From an uncultured bacterium (lineage in GTDB: Bacteria; CAZDME01; JAYEMH01): 64,000 nt of DNA. The notes beneath the pieces were generated by a model. That model worked only from the letters and a program-made list of their open reading frames with translations, was not told where the DNA came from and searched no databases. Position 1 is the first letter of the stretch; every line of letters starts with the position of its first letter. The translations under genes were made by a program, and so were the position numbers. The DNA is taken from the NCBI GenBank assembly GCA_964506075.1, contig CAZDKO010000004.1:134-64133 (forward strand). Reading direction: 5' to 3'. This document shows, piece after piece, positions 17,771 to 26,400 of the stretch.

Positions 17771-20391
17771 TTTATAGTTTCCTTTTCTATTTCAATCAAA
17801 TCCGCCCATATTTTATTTTCACCTTCGTATATAAGGCGAAATTCCAGTATCTTATCTCTCTCAAGATTAAAAGGAAAAGAAAAATTCTGGTAAGTCCCGG
17901 CTTTTTTAAAATCTGTACCGCTGATTACCTTTTGCCCCGCTTTTTTTCTTCCCAAATCCGTAGCCACTTCTAACTGTGCCAGAGACGATTTACTCAAATG
18001 ATCTGTTTTTAAACGAAATGAAATCCTATAGGCACCTTTGCTATATCGTCTATAAGGCCCGAAAAGAACCTCTTTCTCCGGGGTAAAACCACGGGAAAAT
18101 AAAATGGCTTTGCCGTCCGACGCCTCTTTATCGTCAACAACCACTCCGCGATAATAAAGTTTTTCCGCCTCATAAGTGAACAGAGGATCGCTTTCTTCCG
18201 CCGGCAAAATATAAATACATTCTACCCAGATATTGGATTGACTTAAATAATTCAAGTGAAATTCCAGAAAAAGCGGGGCTTTCTCGTCAAAGTAAATAAT
18301 AAAGTCCTGATAAACTCCAGGTTTTTCAAAGGCAGTTCCTTTTATTTCTTTGATTTCAGAAACTCCGTGACTATTATCTCCTCCTTTTATATCCAGAACG
18401 GCAACCGGCTTATCTATGGTATTATCGTCCGTTTTCAAACGGAAAATAGCCTTATAATGTCCCCGGGGAAAAACCTGCTGCCGCCCGAAAATAAGGTATC
18501 CGGGACGGTCAGTTTTTCTGGAAGCAAAAAGAGCCTCGCCTCCTTCAGCTTCCGGGTCAGGAACCAACCTCCCCACACGGTGCTTCAACTGATGAGCCCA
18601 TTTGACCACCCCTATTTCCCAGATTTTTTGAACCTCTTTTTCTTTTAAGAGCGGTTTATTTCTCACTTCAAAAAGCCATAGAAAATTATCGTGGGCAATA
18701 AAGTCAAGATAGGATGAATCCATCAGCCTGTTAACCGAATAGCTGGAAGGATAATGGCTTACCTTTTGCGGAAAAGCATTTTCATGAAAAATAATATATT
18801 TAACCTGTAGTCTCTGTAAAAGTTCATATTCACTTTCGGTTAAATCACCCAGATTTAAACTAATCAGGGGATAAAATATCTTATCCACGTATTCCTGAGG
18901 CACTAAAGGATAATAGCCGTTAATGATTTTCACCCGGGTGATAGTCACGTAGTATAAATAGATGGAAGACCAGGCTGTATCTCCGGGCCAGAGCGGAAGT
19001 TCTAAAAGTTTTTTGTCTCCGGCATTTTCCCTGACTATTTTATAAATCCCGTTATCCTTATCAAAAAGACTGATGCCGATTTTAGAGTCGGCATTGTAAT
19101 CAAAAAATACCGCTCCGGAAAAAAATATACCGGTCAAGATTAAAACTGCTCTTCGTAAACCGGTTTTACTTATCCGGTCAAATAAACCGACAATCCCTCT
19201 AATCCCGTAGCCGCTTAATATAGCCAGACACATAAAATTGATAACGATTATCCTGCCGGGAACACGCGGATAATTAAAATAAGGAATGTATTTGTAGCAA
19301 AAATTATAAACGGGAAAGACGTCACTTAAATTCGTCCCTAAAGCCAGAATTAAACTTATAATCAATCCTGCGCTAAAAAAAAGCAGGTTGATTTTTTCTT
19401 CGTATACCTTAATTCCTTTTCCGGACCTGAAAAGATTAAAAATCAAACCCAGAAAAGCTAAACTCAACGCTACGCCGCCTGCATAGATATTTTTCTCTGA
19501 ATCCGTATTCCCCCGGCAGAATAAATCTTTTATCTGCGGTGAATAAATGCTCACTTCCGAAAGCCTTCTCCCCTTCTGGGCGATAGAAGAACTGATCTCA
19601 ATATCCTTTAAGAACATCGCAAAAATAAAAACAATAAATAACGAGAGAAAAACAGGCAGATATGATTTGAACAGTTGCGTTTTAACATTTAAGTTTTCGG
19701 CCTTCCAGTTAGCCAGACTGGTAACCGTCCTTATGGGTAGCCATATTAAGGTAAAAAGAGTAAGGTAATAAAGCAGATGATACTCAATCAAAGCGCAGGT
19801 AAAAAGACAGAAAAAATAAATCAGGGCGAATTTCCATTTCCCGCTGGCAAAAAGTCTCTCTATGGAAAAGACAGCCAGAGGCGCTATTCCCCAGAGAAAA
19901 CCATTGGTGTGTCCTCCTAAAAGCTGAGAAAGACTGAAAGGAGCCAGGGTATAAATTAAAGCGGCGATAAAAGAAGGAAAATATCTTTGAAGATAAATCC
20001 GGGCTAATAAAAACATCGCTATACCCGAAAAGATTATGGATAAAATTAACACCAGGTTATAGGCAAAAGCCCCGCCTAAAAACGAAAATATAACAAAAGG
20101 GATTGAAAGAGGAAAGCGCCTGACGGTAAAGATTTTTATGCCGTCAACGCTGAATTCATACGGGTCAAAAAAGAAAGGATGTTCTCCCCGCAAAGCATCC
20201 CTGGCTAACCAGAAATGATAATAAAGTTGCAGGTGGTCTCCCTGCTGCATTGATTGGACTTCCCAGCCCTTCTCGGGGGTTCTGGTGTAAGGTATTCCCC
20301 GGTTAAAATAATAAATTAAAGGCCGGGTAATTATTAAACTCAAACAGAAGAAAATTAAAGCCGTTAAAATAATTTTATGTCTATTATTCAT
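17767..20391 (-). CDS. Polytopic membrane protein (GT-C-like) with two C-terminal copies of an uncharacterised ~130-aa 'FGPY...G.Y' domain
   Basis: 874 aa. The N-terminal ~560 aa are multi-TM, with the motif LIITRPL...QGDHLQLYYHFW after TM1. The C-terminal tandem duplication is LIFGRQQVFPRGHYKAIFRLKTDD... / VLFGPYRRYSKGAYRISFRLKTDH.... Confidence 0.55.
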   Translation of the reverse strand: MNNRHKIILTALIFFCLSLIITRPLIYYFNRGIPYTRTPEKGWEVQSMQQGDHLQLYYHFWLARDALRGEHPFFFDPYEFSVDGIKIFTVRRFPLSIPFVIFSFLGGAFAYNLVLILSIIFSGIAMFLLARIYLQRYFPSFIAALIYTLAPFSLSQLLGGHTNGFLWGIAPLAVFSIERLFASGKWKFALIYFFCLFTCALIEYHLLYYLTLFTLIWLPIRTVTSLANWKAENLNVKTQLFKSYLPVFLSLFIVFIFAMFLKDIEISSSIAQKGRRLSEVSIYSPQIKDLFCRGNTDSEKNIYAGGVALSLAFLGLIFNLFRSGKGIKVYEEKINLLFFSAGLIISLILALGTNLSDVFPVYNFCYKYIPYFNYPRVPGRIIVINFMCLAILSGYGIRGIVGLFDRISKTGLRRAVLILTGIFFSGAVFFDYNADSKIGISLFDKDNGIYKIVRENAGDKKLLELPLWPGDTAWSSIYLYYVTITRVKIINGYYPLVPQEYVDKIFYPLISLNLGDLTESEYELLQRLQVKYIIFHENAFPQKVSHYPSSYSVNRLMDSSYLDFIAHDNFLWLFEVRNKPLLKEKEVQKIWEIGVVKWAHQLKHRVGRLVPDPEAEGGEALFASRKTDRPGYLIFGRQQVFPRGHYKAIFRLKTDDNTIDKPVAVLDIKGGDNSHGVSEIKEIKGTAFEKPGVYQDFIIYFDEKAPLFLEFHLNYLSQSNIWVECIYILPAEESDPLFTYEAEKLYYRGVVVDDKEASDGKAILFSRGFTPEKEVLFGPYRRYSKGAYRISFRLKTDHLSKSSLAQLEVATDLGRKKAGQKVISGTDFKKAGTYQNFSFPFNLERDKILEFRLIYEGENKIWADLIEIEKETIK

Positions 20392-22352
20392 TGAACCCTC
20401 TTGGTTGAGGCTTCTATTCCATATACCTCAAATTCATATATTGACCACCAAAAAATTTTATCCTCTCCGGTTTGCGTTATTTTTATAAATCTGGCCCGGT
20501 GAGGTTCAAAACAAATTTCTAATTTCGCTCTTTCTCCACCCCAGATGGGATGAAATTTTCCCCAGTGTAAGGGCCCGAAAATAATGTCTAAGGATTCAAC
20601 CTCACGCCAGGTTTTCCCGTCCGGTGACGTGGAAAAAATATAGCCGTGAGGATAATCAGTCACTGAATCATCAAGGTCTAACATTACCCGGCAAATCTCC
20701 TCTTCCCTGCCCAGGTCCATCTCAAAATACATTCCCGGTGACTGATGAATTCTGGTCGTCCATCGGGTTTCTAAATTACTATCCAGGGTATACTTAACTT
20801 CAGTCTGGTTAAAATTAGACTTTACAGAAGCGGTAGATAAATCCAATGTTTTTTCCGTTCTTTCTAAAGGCTTGAACCCGTAAAATAAAGTTGCGCCGTG
20901 AGCTGCCTCCATTTTATAGGATTCGGTACCGATACTCTCAAGCATCTGAATGAAATCTTCAGGAATTCCGGTAAAAAAAATAGCTGCATCTTTACTCCGG
21001 TTGGCGGCTTCAAGATATTCCGGATAACGACCGGGATAGAATTGGGTAAAGATTATCCTTTCCCGGGCATCGAAAGTGTACTGGTAAGCCATCCAGTAAT
21101 CATCCATATAAACGTATTTAATTCCCTTGTTTTCCAGAAATCCAAAAAATTCTTTTTTGTTCTTCTGGTCCCGTAAAAAAGCTTCTCTTTTTTCTTTATT
21201 TAAAAGGTCAATGGAAATAATATTCTGCTGGACGTTGGCTGTAAAAACAATACCTAAAACCAGAAAGGATAATTTTTTGTATTTATTCCCCAGACCGGCG
21301 ATAAAATAAGCCAGATAAACCGGCAAGCATAAATATAAAACCAGCAGGTATCTACAGGTATTAGTTAAAGCATAGCCGCTTAAGATATAAATCAATATAA
21401 ACACCAGAAAAAAAACAATAAACATTTCCATTCCGTTACTTTCTCTTAAAGACAGTCTCATTAAATTTAATAGTCCTTTTAAACGGTCTTTGAAAACATA
21501 GAGGAAAGCAGCCAGGTAAAGAACCAGAAGCATCTGGGAGAGAAAAGGAAGATAGACTGTCCGCGGTTCTGATTTTACCACCCCCATAATTACCGGTAAC
21601 CCAATGATAAAAAGTTTTTCCAGCGCTAAACCGATATCGGTAAATTTATTTTCTCCCAGGGTTTTAAAGGGGAGGAAATCGTTCTTAAAGCAGTATAACC
21701 AGAAAGGACTGCTCCCGACAAAAAAACCAAAAAGGAAATTTAAAAACCGGCGGGTAAAAAATATAAGCTTCTGGCGAAGAAAAAGGAAAAAAAGACTGGT
21801 TAAAATAAAATAAATACTTTGATAATTCGTCCACCAGGCAAGACCGCAGACTAAACCGAGCAGAAAAAAACGCCGCCCTGAATTTTTCTTCTTTGCTTCA
21901 TAGACTATCCGGTAAGTAAGATAGAAGACGACTGCTCCTAAAACTAAATTCTCAACGTAATTAGCCCGGGCTAAAACGGTATTAACTGCGAGATACACCG
22001 GCGGGACAGCGGTAAATAGAAGGGTTAGAATTCCGACTTTTTCTCCAAAAATTCTTCTGGCCAGTATATACATCAAAATCATAAAAAGAATGGATTCCAG
22101 AACCGGAACAATGTTTAAAGTATAACGAGAAACCCCGAAGATAGCAAAAAACACACTTACCAGATATGCCTCAATCGCCCCGCAATAATCCTGGTCCCAG
22201 AAAAAAGTCGGAAATTCACCTTTTAAAATATGCATCGCCATCAGTCCGGTAACGGCCATATCCGAGTCCATAACCGGCAGGGCCCAGTGAAGAAGACGCA
22301 GAATAACACCCAGGGTGATAATTATGAACACTAATTTTCTGTTTTTTAACAT
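20388..22352 (-). CDS. ArnT/PMT-like GT-C glycosyltransferase fused to a C-terminal discoidin (F5/8 type C) domain
   Basis: 654 aa. N-terminal multi-TM region with DSDMAVTGLMAMHILKGEFP and a WWTNY motif. The last ~150 aa read LDSNLETRWTT...GMYFEMDLG...FSTSPDGKTW...ARFIKITQTGEDKIFWWSIYEFEVYG. Confidence 0.7.
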   Translation of the reverse strand: MLKNRKLVFIIITLGVILRLLHWALPVMDSDMAVTGLMAMHILKGEFPTFFWDQDYCGAIEAYLVSVFFAIFGVSRYTLNIVPVLESILFMILMYILARRIFGEKVGILTLLFTAVPPVYLAVNTVLARANYVENLVLGAVVFYLTYRIVYEAKKKNSGRRFFLLGLVCGLAWWTNYQSIYFILTSLFFLFLRQKLIFFTRRFLNFLFGFFVGSSPFWLYCFKNDFLPFKTLGENKFTDIGLALEKLFIIGLPVIMGVVKSEPRTVYLPFLSQMLLVLYLAAFLYVFKDRLKGLLNLMRLSLRESNGMEMFIVFFLVFILIYILSGYALTNTCRYLLVLYLCLPVYLAYFIAGLGNKYKKLSFLVLGIVFTANVQQNIISIDLLNKEKREAFLRDQKNKKEFFGFLENKGIKYVYMDDYWMAYQYTFDARERIIFTQFYPGRYPEYLEAANRSKDAAIFFTGIPEDFIQMLESIGTESYKMEAAHGATLFYGFKPLERTEKTLDLSTASVKSNFNQTEVKYTLDSNLETRWTTRIHQSPGMYFEMDLGREEEICRVMLDLDDSVTDYPHGYIFSTSPDGKTWREVESLDIIFGPLHWGKFHPIWGGERAKLEICFEPHRARFIKITQTGEDKIFWWSIYEFEVYGIEASTKRVQ

Positions 22353-22363
22353 TGTCCCTAAAT

Positions 22364-22480
22364 AGTTAACCGGTTATCCGGTTTGCCGGTTGGCCAGTTT
22401 GGTTAATTGGTTAAATGGTGACTAGTTAATTAACAAAACAGTTATTGTAGTCACCAATTAACCATTTACCGTTTAACCAG
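22364..22480. repeat. Tandem octamer array GGTTATCC GGTTTGCC GGTTGGCC ... GGTTAATT GGTTAAAT GGTGACTA, then complementary TTAACC words
   Basis: Units at 22372-22424 read directly. The 22-mer CCGGTTATCCGGTTTGCCGGTT (22370-22391) is identical to 37888-37909. The 18-mer at 22378-22395 is the reverse complement of 38586-38603. Confidence 0.9.
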
Positions 22481-22482
22481 AT

Positions 22483-23190
22483 TCATTTTCCCGCTCTAAT
22501 CTTTAACACGGTCATTATGTAGCATAACAAATGTTTTAAAAAATTCGTCTTACTTCTTCCTGAATGACGCTCCTGATAAATCACCGGAACTTCAATTATG
22601 GAAAGTCTTTTTTTAGCGGCTTCATAAAGAAAGCGAATAAAGTAATCCCCGTAACCGGTAAAGATTTTATCACGATTTAAACTATTAATTACTCTCCTTG
22701 AAGTAGCGAAGAATCCACATAAATTATCATTGGTTTTAATCTGCAAAATAAGTTTTACAAAAGCATTAAAAATATAACTTCCCCAGTATCTGAATTGAGA
22801 CCCTTTCATCCCCCCGCCGGCTACGAATCGTGAACCTACGGCGATATCAAATTTAGTAAGCTGATAAATCAACATGGGAATCACCTGCGGGTCATGATTA
22901 AAGTCAGTATCCATAAAAACTAAAATCTCTCCATCGGCTTTTTCTATCCCGAACTTGATGGCTGTAGCTAATCCTCTTTCATTTTTTCTGATATAAATTT
23001 TTACGGATGAATTATTTTTAAAAGATTCCTCAACAATTCCGGCGGTCCTATCTGAACTATTATCATCAACCAGAACTATCTCTGTTTCTAAACCCGCTTT
23101 TTCGGTTACTTTAAATATTTCTTTAATCAGCTCAACAATATGCCCGGCTTCATTATAAGTCGGCAAAATAACGGAAATACGTTGCCTCAA
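22483..23190 (-). CDS. Polyprenol-phosphate sugar synthase, GT2 (DPM1/Ppm1-like, soluble)
   Basis: 235 aa. ISVILPTYNEAGHI, VDDNSSD, DTDFNHDP. TTG start with a GGGGAGA RBS 6 nt upstream. Confidence 0.75.
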   Translation of the reverse strand: MRQRISVILPTYNEAGHIVELIKEIFKVTEKAGLETEIVLVDDNSSDRTAGIVEESFKNNSSVKIYIRKNERGLATAIKFGIEKADGEILVFMDTDFNHDPQVIPMLIYQLTKFDIAVGSRFVAGGGMKGSQFRYWGSYIFNAFVKLILQIKTNDNLCGFFATSRRVINSLNRDKIFTGYGDYFIRFLYEAAKKRLSIIEVPVIYQERHSGRSKTNFLKHLLCYIMTVLKIRAGK

Positions 23191-23205
23191 AATTCTTCTC
23201 CCCTT

Positions 23206-24321
23206 TTAGCTATTTTTGCTTTTGATCCCTTTTATTATTCCACAGATATATCTAATTTCTTTTTCATTTAAAACCGGTGAAGAAGGTAGATTTATCCCCC
23301 TTCTTGATAATTTATCCGCGACCGGATATTTTCCCGGACAATTTTTATAAGGCGGAAGCTTATGCAAAGGATAAAAAAACGGACGAGTATCAATCCCTCT
23401 TTTTTTAAGCTCTACCATTAAATCATCCCGGGAACAGCCGAAATCAAGATTAACCAGCACAGAATACATCCAGTAAACATTTCTTGCCCAGGAAGCCTCG
23501 GGAGGCAAAGTCAATCCCATATCTCCCTTTAAATACTTACTGTAGAAATCAGCTATTCGTCTTTTAAGGAAAATCGTCCTTTCAATATTTTCAAGCTGAG
23601 CCAGCCCGATGGCCGCCTGAATGTTAGTCATCCGGAAATTGTAACCGACTGCCGTATGCCAGTACCGGCGTTTCCGGGACATTCCGTGGTCTCTTAAAAA
23701 TCTGGCTTTTTGAGCTAACCGGGAGTTGGAAGTCACCAGCATTCCTCCTTCTCCGGTAGTAATAATTTTATTGCCGTAAAAACTAAAACACCCTATATCA
23801 GACAGACTTCCTACTTTTTTCTTTTGGTATAAAGCCCCATGCGCCTCGGCCGCGTCTTCAATCAAAAAGAGTTTATATTGCCGGCATAATTTAATTATGG
23901 GGTCCATATCAGCCGGATGGCCGTAAAGATGAACAGCCATAATCGCTTTAGTCTTATGATTTATTTTTTCCTTAATTTTATCCGGGCTGAGAGTCCAACT
24001 TTTTTCGTCTACATCCACGAAAACCGGTTTAGCTCCGGTATAGGTCACCGCATTGGCCGAAGCGACAAAAGTTAAATCCGGGACAATTACCTCGTCCCCG
24101 GAGCCGATTCCTAAAACCAAAAGGGCCAATTGAAGAGCCGTAGTGCCGTTAGAAGTCGCCACGCCATATTTGGCTTGGCAAAACTTACTGAATTCATCTT
24201 CAAATTTATTAATATATTTCCCTAAGGAAGAAATCCAGTTAGTATTCAAGCAATCCAAAACATATCCTTTTTCTTTACCCGATAACACCGGTTCATATAC
24301 TGGAATAAACTGCTTTTTCAT
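23206..24321 (-). CDS. DegT/DnrJ/EryC1/StrS-family PLP-dependent sugar aminotransferase
   Basis: 371 aa. ATSNGTTALQLAL, EDAAEAHGA and FSFYGNKIITTGEGGML (Schiff-base Lys region). GAGGAG RBS is present. Confidence 0.85.
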   Translation of the reverse strand: MKKQFIPVYEPVLSGKEKGYVLDCLNTNWISSLGKYINKFEDEFSKFCQAKYGVATSNGTTALQLALLVLGIGSGDEVIVPDLTFVASANAVTYTGAKPVFVDVDEKSWTLSPDKIKEKINHKTKAIMAVHLYGHPADMDPIIKLCRQYKLFLIEDAAEAHGALYQKKKVGSLSDIGCFSFYGNKIITTGEGGMLVTSNSRLAQKARFLRDHGMSRKRRYWHTAVGYNFRMTNIQAAIGLAQLENIERTIFLKRRIADFYSKYLKGDMGLTLPPEASWARNVYWMYSVLVNLDFGCSRDDLMVELKKRGIDTRPFFYPLHKLPPYKNCPGKYPVADKLSRRGINLPSSPVLNEKEIRYICGIIKGIKSKNS

Positions 24322-24334
24322 CTTTCATCTCCTC

Positions 24335-24561
24335 AATTAAAGTATTAAGGATTATGACGCTCACTTCGTTCGCTTTAAGAATTAAGAAAATAAAAGTATC
24401 AGAGAATCATCACTCACCCTTTACTAAAATCAGGGTTCGTTAGGGTCAAAGTACCTGGACACTTTGATACTATGACACTCTGACACTTTTATCATTAGTC
24501 ATTTAAGAATTAGACATTTATTTTACTTACTTCTTAATCCTTACTACTTAATCCTTAATTC
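24335..24561. repeat. 227-bp spacer of inverted word arrays (TTAAGGATTA...TTAAGAATTAAG / GACACTTT GATACTAT GACACTCT GACACTTT / CTTAATCC TTACTA CTTAATCC TTAATT)
   Basis: Four tandem 8-mers at 24458-24489 belong to the same family as 1837-1868. TTAAGGATTA (24345-24354) is complementary to TAATCCTTAA (24549-24558). Confidence 0.85.
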
Positions 24562-26400
24562 TTACTTCTTAATTTCCCCCTCAACCGGTATTACGTCAAA
24601 AAACTCCACACACGGTCTTTCCGGCATTAAATTTTTATTCCCTATCCGCCCGATAACCGTAATCAAGGCCCCTTCCTTTAAATCCTTTGTTTTCTGCGGT
24701 TTAGCTGTGCCCGCCCTTTCACAAAAAACATCTTCCTCTCCAAAATAATGCGGCTGAGGGTTCAGTAATAACCTGAATTTATAAATCTCACCCATACCTG
24801 TTTTTACAGGATAACTTATTTCACCGAACCAGACTATAATTTTACCCTCGGTTTCCTTAATGTAGCCGTTATTCCTGGCCTGGTCTTCAACAATATCCCT
24901 ATACTCTATCGGTTTATCCTGAGCGAGCCATTTTTCATAAAGATTGTTTCTCTTTAGAGAATCTATAATTACCGGTTCAGGAATTTTAGTTTTATAAGAA
25001 GGCTGATAAGCAAAATAGGCCCAGCTTAACCGGCTGATAAATACAAGCACTACAATAAAACATATCACCCCGAATATTTTTTTAATTTTTTTAAACCCGG
25101 GAAAGAAAGATGATTCTGAATCAGCATCAAACTTATCCCCCGGGGCCAGAATTTCTTTTAAATTACGCCAGTCAAACCGGTTGATATTAAATAAAAGATA
25201 AACAAAATAGCCGGCAAAAATAACCAGAAACTGTTCTAAGGGCAGCCGGTAACGGGGCAGTCCTCCGTAAACCGAAGAAGCTAAAGAATAAAAAATAAAA
25301 ATCAGGATAAAAATAAAAAACCTTCTCCGAAGAAAACCGGCCCTGAGAATTCCTAAAAATCCAAACCAGAAAACACAAAAAGAAGAAAGCAAAGCTAAAT
25401 TAACGAAATTGAATTTATTTTCCCCTTGAGGTAATTGAACCGCCCAGAGATCGTCAAAGCGTTTATGCATATATCTCAGGTAAAGACGGGGATTGGACTT
25501 AATAAATGTCCACCCTTCCCTAATCAAACGACGGTCGCGCTCTATTTCGGTAAAAGAGGGATTTCTCCATAATTCATCCTGCCAGGCCTCACGGGCGTAA
25601 AAATCCCCTCCATATTTCGGATTGGCGCCGGTCCAGAACTGCCGGTAGCCGCCGCTGGAAATAATAAAGGCACCGTGAATAAAGTAATTTCTAATCAGCC
25701 AGGGAGAAATAGTTAACAAGCTTACTGAAAAAACCAGTATCCCTGATTTAAAAGCCCGGAAAATTCTTTCTTTAATCTTAAAAGGAAGCCACAGAAGACT
25801 GACGATGCTTAAAATTAAGCCGGCGGGCCTGGTTAAACCGGTTAAACCAATAAGTATACCGCAAATCACCGCCTTTTTAAAACGCGGCTTTTCCCCTGTT
25901 TCAAGCAGTAATAAAACCGAAATCCCAAACAAAAAATTGAAAAGGGTTTCCCGCATCAATTGAAAATTAAGAAGCATATACGGAATGTAAAAAGCCATAA
26001 TCAAACCGGAAATAAATCCTATTTTTTGATTAAAGACTCTTTTACCAATTTTATATACCACCAGACAGTTTAAAATTCCTATTAAAGCCTGAACAATTTT
26101 TATTATTGAATAATTATGCCCGAAGAAAGAATAAAAAAACGTTAAGAACAAGGGATAAAACGGTTCAATAAAAGATTGATATTTAAATCCATAAAGGAAA
26201 TGTCCAAATCCTTTTCCCTGAAGTATATTTATCGCCAGGATATCATATTCCAGAGCATCACCGAAAGGAATCCCTCGGTGTTCAAAACCCGGATTAAATC
26301 CGGTCCGGTAATATAACCAGCGGTTTAAAAAAGCGATAACAAAAATCAAACCCACCTGGAAATATTCATTATTCAATATTTTCACTGTTTCTTTTTTCAT
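24562..26400 (-). CDS. Polytopic GT-C glycosyltransferase, GT39/ArnT-like
   Basis: 612 aa. GDALEYDILAINILQGKGF follows TM1 (PMT_2-type motif). It has at least 10 TM helices and a soluble ~150-aa C-terminal domain. Confidence 0.65.
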   Translation of the reverse strand: MKKETVKILNNEYFQVGLIFVIAFLNRWLYYRTGFNPGFEHRGIPFGDALEYDILAINILQGKGFGHFLYGFKYQSFIEPFYPLFLTFFYSFFGHNYSIIKIVQALIGILNCLVVYKIGKRVFNQKIGFISGLIMAFYIPYMLLNFQLMRETLFNFLFGISVLLLLETGEKPRFKKAVICGILIGLTGLTRPAGLILSIVSLLWLPFKIKERIFRAFKSGILVFSVSLLTISPWLIRNYFIHGAFIISSGGYRQFWTGANPKYGGDFYAREAWQDELWRNPSFTEIERDRRLIREGWTFIKSNPRLYLRYMHKRFDDLWAVQLPQGENKFNFVNLALLSSFCVFWFGFLGILRAGFLRRRFFIFILIFIFYSLASSVYGGLPRYRLPLEQFLVIFAGYFVYLLFNINRFDWRNLKEILAPGDKFDADSESSFFPGFKKIKKIFGVICFIVVLVFISRLSWAYFAYQPSYKTKIPEPVIIDSLKRNNLYEKWLAQDKPIEYRDIVEDQARNNGYIKETEGKIIVWFGEISYPVKTGMGEIYKFRLLLNPQPHYFGEEDVFCERAGTAKPQKTKDLKEGALITVIGRIGNKNLMPERPCVEFFDVIPVEGEIKK

